Position numbers and translations under genes: made by a program. A stretch of DNA of 62,334 bases, the filler included, from Choristocarpus tenellus KU-1152 (lineage: Eukaryota > Protista > Phaeophyceae): the NCBI GenBank assembly GCA_964200185.2. It is 7 parts of 7 records of this genome, joined end to end, with 100 filler letters (N's around TTAATTAATTAA, not from the genome) between each part and the next. Parts side by side here need not be neighbours in the genome. Positions count along the whole stretch, not along the records: positions 1 to 9,578 come from CAXNAD020003563.1; positions 9,679 to 17,060 come from CAXNAD020006240.1; 5 more parts are not named here. One strand, written 5' to 3'. Below the pieces are notes generated by a model. It made no database searches and had not been told where the DNA came from. It saw only the letters and a program-made list of their open reading frames with translations. This document shows, one piece after another, positions 1-11,205 of this stretch. Within the stretch, counting starts at the first letter, position 1. Each line of letters begins with the position of its first letter.

Positions 1-103
1 GGAACCTCACTCGGTACCACGGTATAACGGTATATGGCATACGAGCAATACGGTATAATAACAGACAAACATGCTTTCCACACATATGTATATATTTATA
101 TTA

Positions 104-257
104 TATTATTATGCGCTCTGACATTTTGCAGATGTGTCAGCGGAAAACCAATGAAAACTATATACATACGTGTATATAATGTCCTCAACATAAGAATATA
201 TAGTTTTCATTGGTTTCCCCCTGACACATCTGCAAAATGTCAGAGGGCATAATAATA
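104..257. mobile_element. Fold-back / MITE-like element: 61-bp inverted arms, 32-bp loop
   Basis: Left arm 104-164 and right arm 197-257 are reverse complements with 3 mismatches. A diverged copy of the arm occurs at 59442-59498. Confidence 0.75.
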
Positions 258-370
258 AAATAATAACATTTATCCCTATTACTGTAAAAAAAAAAGTACC
301 TTACCCCCATTTCTTTTTTGAAATTTGCTTTGCCCTACCTTCCATCATAAACCTTTCACTGAAGGAGACA

Positions 371-3300
371 ATGGGCATTCATGGACTAACTAAGCTTTTG
401 TCTGATGAGTGCCCTGAATGTATGAAAGAAGTGGATCTAGATGCCCTCACGGGTCGCAAGATCGCCGTTGATGCATCAATGGCGATGTACCAGTTCCTGG
501 TAGGTAGTGCACGTGACCACAAAGTCCCACACACTAGTATCTATTTTCAAATTTCTTGAAACTTAACTTGGTCCATCACACTTTAATGTCCTCACAACTC
601 TTTATACCACTAATACCTGCGGCAGATTGCTGTTCGTTCGGGAGGAGAGGGTAGCTCTCAAATGCTAACGAATGAAGCTGGTGAGGTACGTGATCGGTCA
701 GGTCGCCATCATAGGTAGGGAAGAGTTTCTCACCCAACAACCTACCGTTCAGATTTAGCTCGGGTTCACTTTTGTTACTATTTTGGTGGTACAGGTGACT
801 AGCCACATCCAGGGCATGTTCAACAGGACTATCAGGATGCTCAGCAAGGGCGTGAAACCATGTTACATTTTTGATGGAAAGCCTCCTCAGCTGAAGGGAG
901 GGGAGGTGAGAATCACACCTAGGCTTGTGCGGCAACCCTGCGTGGTGATTCTTTTTTCTTTAACTGCGCACGATTGAACAATCGGCCGCCCTCGAACCAC
1001 AGCTTGCTAAACGCACGGCTAAGCGTGTAAAGGCTGAGGAGGAATTGAAGACGGCCACAGAAACGGAGAACAAGGATGATGTTGACAAGTTCTCCAAACG
1101 GCTGGTGAAGGTCACTCGTCAGCACAACGAGGATTGTAAAAACTTGCTACGTCTCATGGGGGTGCCAGTCATCGATGTAAGCGGTGCTAGACAACAGATG
1201 TCAAGCGTAGGTACTTACCAGTTTCGTTCGCGTGCCGCAGATGTTTGCTCTTCGTTGTTATATGTTTCTAAGGAGTTACATTTTGTTTTCTTGTCTTTTG
1301 CACCATAATGCGCAGGCTCCTTCGGAAGCAGAGGCGCAGTGCGCGGCCTTGGCCCAAGCGGGGGCAGTATTCGGGACTGCCACGGAAGATATGGATGCCC
1401 TTACTTTCCGTACCCCGAAGCTGCTACGGAAAATGACATTTTCTGGGGCCAAGCAGCCTATTCTGGAGGTTGACTACCAAAAGCTACTGCAGGTTTGATT
1501 TATTTAGTTATATCTCACCCAATGCGTGAAAATGTAGGGTGAGACAATTATCATAAATAAGTATCATGGTCAACTGAGTGCTGTGTTGAAGTGTTGATAT
1601 TGCATCATATAAACTAGAACTGTACCATACAGGTTACACCGACTGACCCTTTATTCAAATATTAACTATTATTTTGCCAAACACTCTTACATGCAACATC
1701 GCCCCAACCAATAAAAAAAATGGAAGGTTGGTCCTTTAGTGAAGAGATTCAAGTCCCTGGCTCTTGATTCTTTCCTTATACTCTGAAGTATATGGTTGGT
1801 AGTTGAGGTGAGAGTTATTCACTGTCTCCAGTCATCTTGTGGTTAAAAATCCTTCAAAGGGTCACTTGTAGGAAGGCAATTCTTTCCTTAGTATCCAATA
1901 TTAAGTGTGGGGAACTCTCTGATATATTCTGTACATATCTAATGTATGTTCCTGTCCCTGGCAATCTAATATACACATTGTTGTGCACCTCCACATGTAA
2001 TTTCACTGCACTGGACCTGTCAGCACTTTTGATTGCATCTTTAAAACCAGCTCTTCAAGACAGTGTGCCAGTATACTTACTCTCCAGAAACTCATTTCCA
2101 ACAATATGCAGTCATCCATCAATCCATCACAGTAGTAGTACATTTATCATTACTAAGCCCAATCGAAGGGACCCAAGGAATTGGACACTAGTTTGACAGA
2201 GCGTGTGCCCCAATCCACAATGTTGAGATACATTGCAAATAGGGTAGCACTTGTGACACCCATCATTTGGTGAGACAATCTTCCGCTGGACATTTATAGA
2301 ATTTCTTCCACTTGGAAAGGGAGACTTCTGTTAGTGTGCTTCACAAATCTGTTACCCAACCATTGCTGCAATGAAAAGATGATAGGTTACATAATCCATG
2401 GAAGGAAGGGGTGGGGAGAGCATCTGAGCTCAATCTGTCCCAAACACTTTATGATTCTAAACATACATGCTTTGAAGAGTGCTGACATGGCTAGTGTAGT
2501 TAAATGGTGCAGGATATGAAATTAGTTCGCATGAGAGTGTCCAAGAATATTCAACAGCAAGTAATGATGAAAGGATTTGCACTCCACTAATTCATCTGTG
2601 GAATGTTCGATCATCAAGGACTGAATATACTGAGTGTACTTGGCAATGGTGAGGTTCTATACATTCTGTGCTGACCTTTTTCCATTATATATGTTTTGAT
2701 TGCAGATATAAGTTGGGATCCGCTTCCTATGGTAGAGAGTATCTAGTCTATCGTGTATGGAGGGTATGCAATGCATTCTAGTTCATGATGAGTTTTCTGG
2801 TTGGCATATACACTATATTTCCTACGATTTAAACCAAAAGTTTTAAGTTGTCAGACCTGTTTGGTCATTCCCCCACCACTTTGATGCTCTTGGAGGGTCT
2901 GGATCTTAGTTACGAGAAGTTTGTGGACTTGTGCATTCTCTGTGGCTGTGACTACACTGGTTCTATCAAGGGCATTGGGCCCAAGAAAGCCCTCAACCTC
3001 ATCCGCCAGGTGGGAGGAGGTCTGTGTTCCCAGGCAGAATCTGAATGTGATGCCCCATGCAAGACAGTCCCAGAAGTTTGTTGACACTTTTAGGCTGTGT
3101 TCACAAGGCAATGTGAGTGTGGGTACAATCGTTTGTTGCCAATGTTTTGTATTGTGCAGAGATCTTAGTTCACTTTCTGTTGTATTCCCACTCTGTCAGC
3201 ATGGCAGCATCGAGGCAATCATTTCACAACTTGATGCCTCAAAATACCCAGTCCCGGATGATTGGCTTGATAAAGCGGAACGGGCTAAGAAGAAGGACAA

Positions 3301-4516
3301 AGCTAAGGAGGCAAGAGCCAAGACAGCAGAGACCAAGCCAAAGGAAATGGTGAAGGATAAAGAGCATGAGGGAGAGGAACCCAAAAAAACTGAGTCAGGA
3401 GATTCCTCCGATATAGTCAGTAAAAATGATAGCAACAAAGATCTCATTGGTAAACACTCCAGAGAGGATGAAACAGAGGACAGCCTTGAAAGTGACGAAG
3501 AAGAGCCGCCCATGTACTTGCAAGCTCGAAACGTCTTCCTCAACCCTGAGGTGGGAGAGGTAACTTAGTATCTTGTATCCATAGGAAAGTCAACTACTGC
3601 AGGACAGGAAATAAGTATACATTTCCCCATACCTTAGTACTCAAATTCGTATGTGCAAATGTTGGTGGAATGTTAGTGGCAACATTCTAATAATCCTCAT
3701 TCATGTTGTATAAATGTCTCAGGTGTCATCACCCAGTGAGTGCAAACTGAAGTGGACTGACCCTGATGAAGCTGGACTGCTCAAGTTTCTTGTAGAGGAG
3801 AAAGGGTAAGTCAGTTCTTTGTTGTAGTGGAGAGGGTCATTAATCTCTAAGCAGTGTTTTTGTTCACCATGTCTCCTAAACCATCGCTGGCAGATTCAAT
3901 GCAGAGCGGGTGGCATCAGGCATTCTGAAGCTCAAAGATGCTCGCAAGAATACATCACAGAAGCGCATGGACAGGTGAGAAAGTGTGTCATGTTTTCAAC
4001 ACTGTTCAGAACTATGGTTATCTCTATCAATTGAATACTCTAAGATTAAGGTTAGTATCTGAGGTCAATAGTCTTAAAAACCAAAAGGTTTAACCAGTCA
4101 AACATGTGTACATTGTTGTTGAGCATCCCAGGTATTACATCATATAGATGCATTGCATCTCAAGAGTAAAGATGAGTTATTATTGTTTCAGCATGCATGT
4201 AGTCTGCACATTTAGTGTAGAAAATATGTCAACAACTCTATTCAGGCAGTCCTTTGTTTAGTAGGGACATGCTTGTAAATTGCATTCATTGAATTATCTT
4301 GTCACATCTCAAGAGTTGTTCTGAATTGTATTGATGCCACAAGTAGTTCTGAGTCCACCCACTCCTCATTCAGAATCTTTTTTTGTGCTTTGATTTTTTC
4401 TGCCTTGAAGCTTCTTCAGCACAGTTCCCAACCCAAATGCGGGTGCCAAGAGAGCTTCTACTAAAGGAAAGGTTGTCTCGGGTGGGAACAAAGGGAAGGG
4501 AAAGGGGAGAAGGTAG
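371..4516 (+). CDS. FEN1: Flap endonuclease 1 (XPG/RAD2 family), complete, 10 exons, about 461 aa
   Basis: Exons 371-499, 626-685, 795-905, 1003-1176, 1316-1492, 2896-3009, 3200-3550, 3723-3805, 3894-3974, 4411-4516 splice in frame. Motifs: [56 protein letters not shown]3[20 protein letters not shown] box QKRMDSFF, basic C-terminal tail. Confidence 0.97.
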
Positions 4517-4648
4517 CAAGATCTGGGCATATCCCACCTTTCAGCAACCCTGCTGTTGTACCCTCTGCATAACACAAATGTGTTTTTACCTGGTGTTCCT
4601 CAATACAGTCAGCTCATGGGATTAAATGCCTTCAGGAAAAATCTCACT

Positions 4649-7600
4649 TCACTGCAATAACAGCTTCCTCTCCTTGAGAGCTATTTCAATGGATGAAACT
4701 TCTAAATCCATATCATTTATGAGTTCTCCAGATCTTTGAAGAAGGAAAACTTGTCCAGTTTGATTTTTACTGACTTTCAGCATTTTGCATCCTTTGACAA
4801 ATTTGGACCACATTATCACCCTGCTTTGACAGGCATAGCAATTCAGGGACAAGTGCAAAACCAAGGGGACATATATGTTGTGCAAATATGAGACTACATG
4901 TGATCCTTGAAGGAAATAGGGTGCAAGAATTATGTCCTCTCAACCATCATGATTCTTTGTATGGATGGTTGTTCTCATCAACATAAAATGCACCTTTGCT
5001 GGCAGTGTAATCTTGTGCTGTTATCATGCTATGAAAATGTCAATAATATGGTATTCCTTCATTGAACAAGTGTAGCAGTGCATGCATTTTGATGTCAAGT
5101 CTGAGTTGAACTTTGCCACCACCAAGAATTGCAGTACATTATGCATGGAAATATCTCACCTCTTTCTTCTTCAAGCTTTCGAAGTCTCTTATGGCAACCA
5201 TATCAGCCTTAGCTTTGTCCAAGAAATGATCTTCTTCAACATTATAAAACATCGAGAGTGATGCACTCACACGTAGTAGTAATGCTTGGTCTCGTATGTC
5301 AACTGGTACAGATTCATAGTCAATAATGAAAGAGCAATCCTCTATTGCATAGGCATATTGACTCAGCTCTATGTAAACCTGTGAAGAAAGGGTCAAGGGC
5401 AAATGGAAGGTGAAGTAAATAAACACAGGAACATCAAAAATCGAAGAGCTTGCAGGGTACATATTTTGAGTGGAACTTGGGATGTTACAGCTTTTCACAT
5501 GAATACCTGAGACTGTTCTAATACTTTGTCTTTGCCTCACCTTTGCACGTTTGATGTAGCACAAGATGTTTTCTGGGTGAGCCACCATTGCTCTTGTGAA
5601 CAACTTCAACGCTGCCTGATTACGTCCTTGAAGGAACTGCTGGTTGCCTTCATCCATAAATGTATCTACTGCATACAACTGGGCATTTCTTTCCTCTTCT
5701 GTTGTATCCTCTCTAACTGCTATCCATGTCCAGTCACTGTTTTCAGCGCCACCTTCCTCCACGATAGGAACCTTCACCAGATGAGGTGAATTTGCTAGCC
5801 CATCACAGTCTTCATTTGTTGCATCGTGGGTAAGAGTATCCACATTCATCTCCCTCTCCTGATCAAATGTTGCTTGCTGCTGATGGGTGAAAATGTTTGT
5901 GTTGCCCCTGTCTCCTGCACCAAGATATCCCAGTAGGGTACCAGATCATCAAGATTAAAATCATCCTAGAGGTGGAGTATCCACCACATTCACAATTTGG
6001 AACAGATGGATTTTATCTCACCAACATGATCTCCAGGTGTTGAAGTGTCCTCATGTGAAGCAATCTTGGGTATCTCCATAAGAGGTTGCGTGTCTGGCTG
6101 CTGCTTCCCAAACACAAACAGCAGTGATTGGTGTGTCAGTACCATGGCGATGATCTCTTTCCCCATTAAACCACACACCTAACTTAGGAAATCAGGTAAG
6201 GCTTCCCCTCCCAATAATTAGTCACTAATGACCCCAACAGACAATTATTTGGTCAAAACATTGAGTACCACATCATTGGTGGGCACACCTGAATCTGCTT
6301 CTCATGTTCTATGAGTGTTTCAGTAATACAGGTATCGCACCTGTGGTATGAAGGATGACAAATATTCATCACCTTCCTGTTCAGTCATTTTGTCCATCAC
6401 TTTATGTAGCAGCTTGGCAGCCTTCAAAATGTATACACAGGATATGAGATAAACAATAGACCACATGATACATGAGACAGTGAAAGCCATGCGCTTGCAG
6501 CAGGCAGCAAGCAGTCATTGAGGTTGAGCCTATCAAAGAAGGCAGACACCCCTGGTATGAGAGTAAAATCTCATTGATGAGGACCACACACAACTTGAAA
6601 GCCTTGTTCCAACGCAAATAAAACGGGTGCCATAAAGAAGAACAATGACTCTTGCAAAATATAATTGCACATGGTGCAAACAAAACAGATCACGCCACAA
6701 ATTGTGGCAAATCTTGCCTGCTTATTAGTTTGATCATTTCCCACCACCCTCGCCAGATCTTCACATGCACCTGCCAAGTATGGCCTTGGCTGAGACCATC
6801 GCGCAAGACCACGGCGGTAACCAGCTTTGGAGTTGTTAGGTTCAACAGCAAGAACCAAAGATGCAGATTCCTCTGCCTCCTTGAAGTATTTCAAGAAAAT
6901 ACATGCTTGAGCTCGATTATTTGCTGCTGCAACATTTCCTGGATAAACATTCAATGCTTCTCGGTATAGTTCCAAGGCCTGCTCATACTCACCCACTTTC
7001 ATGTGAGAGTTCCCTTTCATCCGGAGAGAATCACTCTGCTCAATTTGTTCATCCTTGAAATATAGAGAAGCAGCTGCAGTGCAGAGGGAGAGATTTGTAA
7101 AAAAGGTTCCAGCATTAAGGTTTCTCCCAGTTCAGTAGGGTTAAAGAGTACATATTTTGATTGGTCTTACAGAATAGAAATATTCAAGGTTTTCTCCTTA
7201 GAAATCCAGAGAGATGTCAGCAAATTTACATACGGGAGATCTACACTGCATGCCTGCAAGGTTGACCCTTGAAGCACCATCATTGCCTTCTGCCGTAGAG
7301 TTTTGCGGGTTCAACATTCCACCAGTTTCAACTGCATACTTGGAAAACTGGAGAAATTCGGCTTTCAACATCAGAGCCTCTTCATTAGCAGGATCAACCT
7401 AGCAGTAGGGCGAGAGATCACGGAAATAACCGAAGGCAACACAAGTTAGTCAGCCCTGCACAGATGTATGGATGTGTTCTTTGTGGTCTCCATGTGGGCG
7501 TGCTCACCTCAAGCACCATGTCCGCAGTCGTCGTCACTCGGTCATACTGCCTGAGTTGAATGAAACATTGTGCCATCCCCCGAGCCAATCTCACAATGAT

Positions 7601-7819
7601 CTCGTTCTGCCCAAGGATGTCTGGAATGGGGTTTGTTTTGACTTTTTGTAGCGCCTCGACGAATTTCTCTCTGGCCATCTCGAACTTGTTATGGGCCAGC
7701 AGCATTTGAGCCTGACCCTCCAAAGCCACTGTCTCAAGATCTTCGCTCCCATTTTTTTTTCCTTCCCCCAAGTCGTACATAACTGGCACTCGGCGTATTG
7801 AGTTCTGCAGAATGGTATC
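4649..7819 (-). CDS. Multi-TPR protein (three TPR clusters); 5' end not resolved
   Basis: Exons encode TPR motifs: 'AQMLLAHNKFEMAREKFVEAL', 'KGNSHMKVGEYEQALELYREAL..NNRAQACIFLKYFKEAEESASLVLAVEPNNSKAGYRRGLA', 'EGNQQFLQGRNQAALKLFTRAM..YIKRAKVYIELSQYAYAIEDCS'. Splice phases are compatible down to the stop at 4649-4651. Confidence 0.8.
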
Positions 7820-9578
7820 CTGTGGGAAGGAGGGTGTGAGGTAGAGCATGCTCAGGTGAACTTGTGAAACTCAACATGTTTCCATATTGCGATAAGTATT
7901 CTTTCCAACATCATAGTTTCGTTTATCCTCCAACGACTCTGAACGACTCTGAAGAGGTCAGTCTCCCCTGCTACTACTGTAGTGGTCAAAACTATATGTT
8001 GTCCTCCTGTATGTATCTTACACCTACCTTTATGTTAAGATGCAGCAACAAGTTCAACGAGTTTTGCTTACTTTTCTAAAAGGAGGGTCGAATGAGGCAC
8101 AACCTGATCAGTGTACCTCTCGAGTACACTTCTACTGTTAGGAAGCGACCATTCAAGGTCTCCAGGCTGGACCTTTGTTAGCACAGACACAATAGTCAAA
8201 TCTCAAATCAAATCAAGACATCCACTTTTCGAGATACTTTTTTGTGGGAAAGAAGCGAAACACTTACTCGAATTAAGTAATTACTCACAACCGTATAATG
8301 GTTCGTATGTTCTCTGGTGGTGTAAGTATATTAGATGAACTTAGTTGTGTTAGTCGGTTGCTATGTCCACAGTCACTCTGGCACAGGAGGGTCAGGGTTC
8401 GAACCCCGGCTGTACAGACAAGAATTTCTCCACAGGAAATTAAACTTGGATGGGGCAAGCTTGGGTTCTTTACATCAGATTAACCTTGCCTCTGCAGAGC
8501 CGTCTCTAGTTAAGGAAGTAGCATTGAGATTGGGAAAGCTGAATGTTACTTCTCGCACCATTACCTTACTATTACCTTACTACCTTTTGCTTAACCACAA
8601 AGGAAGGCATCCACGCAAAGATCTGGATTGTGGCAGTGAAGATTCGTTGCAGACAGATTAAGTACACATCAGACTCAACGGAGGAGACGGAGCAACGAGG
8701 GTGGGACGGATGAACCCAATGCATGAGAAAAGGCATGCATGGAACGAGATGCAGCGTGCACTGCCATCTGACCACAGATCAACAGGCTAGGTAGGGTGGA
8801 GGTAATAGAGAAGTTCGAGACTAAAAGTGAGCAAATGCAGATAATAATAACCAGTACATAATATTAATACTTCGTACTAGAAGTAGTCTCATAGTTCCTA
8901 GTGTTATGAATCGTATCATAGGAGTTGAATCAGTCTGGGAGGATTACATGGAAGTATGATCGAAACCGAAAATCTTTGGTCGATTTTTCGATTATTTTAT
9001 ATTTTATTGTCTAGAGCGTTTAGGATAGAATAAGGAATACAAAAAGGGACATCTACCTCATAAACATCATCTCTAGGACTGTAAAAAAATATGGATGTGC
9101 CCAGGTACCCTGAAGACAGTGAGGGTGAGTTTCTAATCAACCATCTGCCGCATATGCACACTTGTGGAGGATGATGGCAAGCAAGGTGGTGTGTGGGAGA
9201 CTGTGAGCGATTAATGGCGAAAATGGGTCACTTGCTGGAAGAACATCATCACATCATGACCTACTACTCCACATTTCACCGTTTGAAGTTGTGGCTGATG
9301 TACCCTTCAACAGGGCAGGGGTCATGAATACCATTAAATCTGCTTGAGATATGCAGGATGGCAAGGATTGAACCCCAGAGAGTCATACAGGGATGTACTA
9401 ACTTGGCGGCGGTCCATCTTTTCCGTGGTGGACCACTTCCTGTACCTCAAGCCCACCATCATTTTTCACGAGAATAGCGATTATGGTGACCCACCAAGCA
9501 CTTCGACATTTGAGTGGGAGGTAAGCAATTGGTATGGGGACGTAAAACAGAAATTGGAAGTACTTGTGTTACAGGCCC

Positions 9579-9678
9579 NNNNNNNNNNNNNNNNNNNNNN
9601 NNNNNNNNNNNNNNNNNNNNNNTTAATTAATTAANNNNNNNNNNNNNNNNNNNNNNNNNNNNNNNNNNNNNNNNNNNN
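9579..9678. other. Artificial contig linker (44N-TTAATTAATTAA-44N)
   Basis: Identical 100-nt structure occurs six times; the 12-mer gives stops in all six frames. Confidence 0.98.
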
Positions 9679-9748
9679 CAAAAATCCCGACATGAAAAAA
9701 TTGACCCCAAATGGACAGCCGCCACCCCCTCCCAGATACTTTCAGCTC
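9679..9748 (-). mobile_element. Terminus of TIR element family B (GAGCTGAAAGTATCTGGG...GGCGGCTGTCCATTTG)
   Basis: Reverse complement aligns with 57970-58076; truncated by the contig end. Confidence 0.7.
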
Positions 9749-9750
9749 TT

Positions 9751-10023
9751 GAGCCGAAGTAAACGAGAGGGACTCACCCAGGTTTTTGGCCGTTTTGCAT
9801 ATGAAGCCTTTTTTCTTCAATCTCTTTCAATTTACCCGTATTTTTATTTTTATGGATGAAGTGCTGAGTTTGACTTGAGAGCGTCTGTTTCTCTATTATT
9901 TGAAAATTTTCAACACAATTCAGAAAATATTCTACTCTTGTTGGTAATAAAAGCCGCATTTTGTGCGTATTTGTTAGCATCCTTTAAAATGCAACCCTGG
10001 GTACCTCTCGTTTACTTTGACTC
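9751..10023 (+). mobile_element. MITE family D copy 1
   Basis: TIR GAGCCGAAGTAAACGAGAGG ... CCTCTCGTTTACTTTGACTC; flanked by TCTT/TCTT; homologous to 42293-42550. Confidence 0.85.
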
Positions 10024-10661
10024 TCTTCTGTTGTCCGAACTACTTTAGCGTGTTGTGTGGGGCGCCAGAAAGTGTTCTGTGGTGTTTGGTGACCTTTTTT
10101 TGAAGCTAAGCCCAGTCATCGTGCCGCTAGTTCGTATACTCCCAGCATTTAGAAGACTGAGGAGGGCAGTCAATTATAGATAGGCATGTACATCGCCTGT
10201 CCAAGTAATAAGTTACCTAAAATATGCTGGCGTGGGTCGAGCACAGGAGTTTTGTCCCTTGTATTCATGCACCAAGGGTTGAGAGGATAATCAATTATAC
10301 AATTTAATCTTGGTATTAGAACAATATAATAGTACTATGCTTTGAAGAACTTCATAGATGATTCAGCAGCAGCACATTCAGCAGTAATGGACGTAGTACA
10401 GAATCAAAATTTTCATCATTGGAGTAGGTTGTTATATATGCAAATTTCAGGATGGCTAAATTCATGTAACCTTTACAATTATTCTGTGTAACTTTTAGCG
10501 TTATTGTATTCAACACTTCGTCAGTAGGATGATATGTTCTAACCCTGTTAGTGTTGGCATCCATGTCTTGTCCCTGGAAATGTATGATATAGAGGCAAAG
10601 GTTCTTACATGAGCACTTATGTTGAGGTGCCTAGAACCAGAAAATGTCGAAGGCTTTCATA

Positions 10662-10924
10662 TAGTTAAAAGTATCTTAGAGGGTAGAGCCGCGTCCATTT
10701 GGGGGTCAAAACCCAATGTTGTGATTTTGATGTAATTTTTGCTGTCATGCTTGTTAGGAAGCATCAATATCCTTGTTCGGACACACCTTTTCATAACGTA
10801 CACTTTTTACCTACTCTAAGACATTTCGGAGTAGGTAAAATGTCAAAAATAACCTGTGGGAAGTCAAGCCCCAAACGGACAAACAGGGCAAAAATCTCAC
10901 CCTAACCCTAACATACTTTCAATC
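10662..10924 (+). mobile_element. MITE family A copy 1
   Basis: Homologous over its full length to 14893, 15498, 43077 and 52635; degenerate ends; flanked by ATA/ATA. Confidence 0.85.
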
Positions 10925-11205
10925 ATATTCTACACAAGCATGTGTGTGTGTGTGTTCATGTGTGTTGCACAAGCACTGCAGTACGAAAATGCTTAACATT
11001 ATTCATAACATTAGAGAAGTGAGGCAGGGTATATCACCTTCAGAGAACCTTTCCTAATGCACACTGAATGCCTCTCCAATCATTGTTCCATACCCTGTCG
11101 TTCACACCTCCTTGGTGTTCCTCATCTGATGCTTTCCTCAACCTTGAACTCCTAGCATTCAAACTCAATGGATGCCACCCATGGGGACACCTCACCCGGG
11201 CACAG

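Noticed and set aside
8350-8420. tRNA or SINE suggested by GGTTCGAACCC (B-box/T-loop-like)
   Set aside because: The T-stem has a mismatch and no convincing acceptor, D or anticodon stems could be built; single occurrence.
9344-9578. Possible exon ending in GAG|GTAAG near the end of contig 1
   Set aside because: No recognisable motif, stops upstream, and truncated by the linker.
9623-9634. TTAATTAATTAA palindrome repeated six times as a biological repeat or CRISPR-like array
   Set aside because: Always centred in 88 Ns; it is an assembly linker.
10699-10905. Similar short ORFs at 10699, 14946, 43152 and 52484 (GVK.QCCDFDVI...HFGVGK) as a small-protein family
   Set aside because: They are translations of MITE family A; frames and stops differ between copies.
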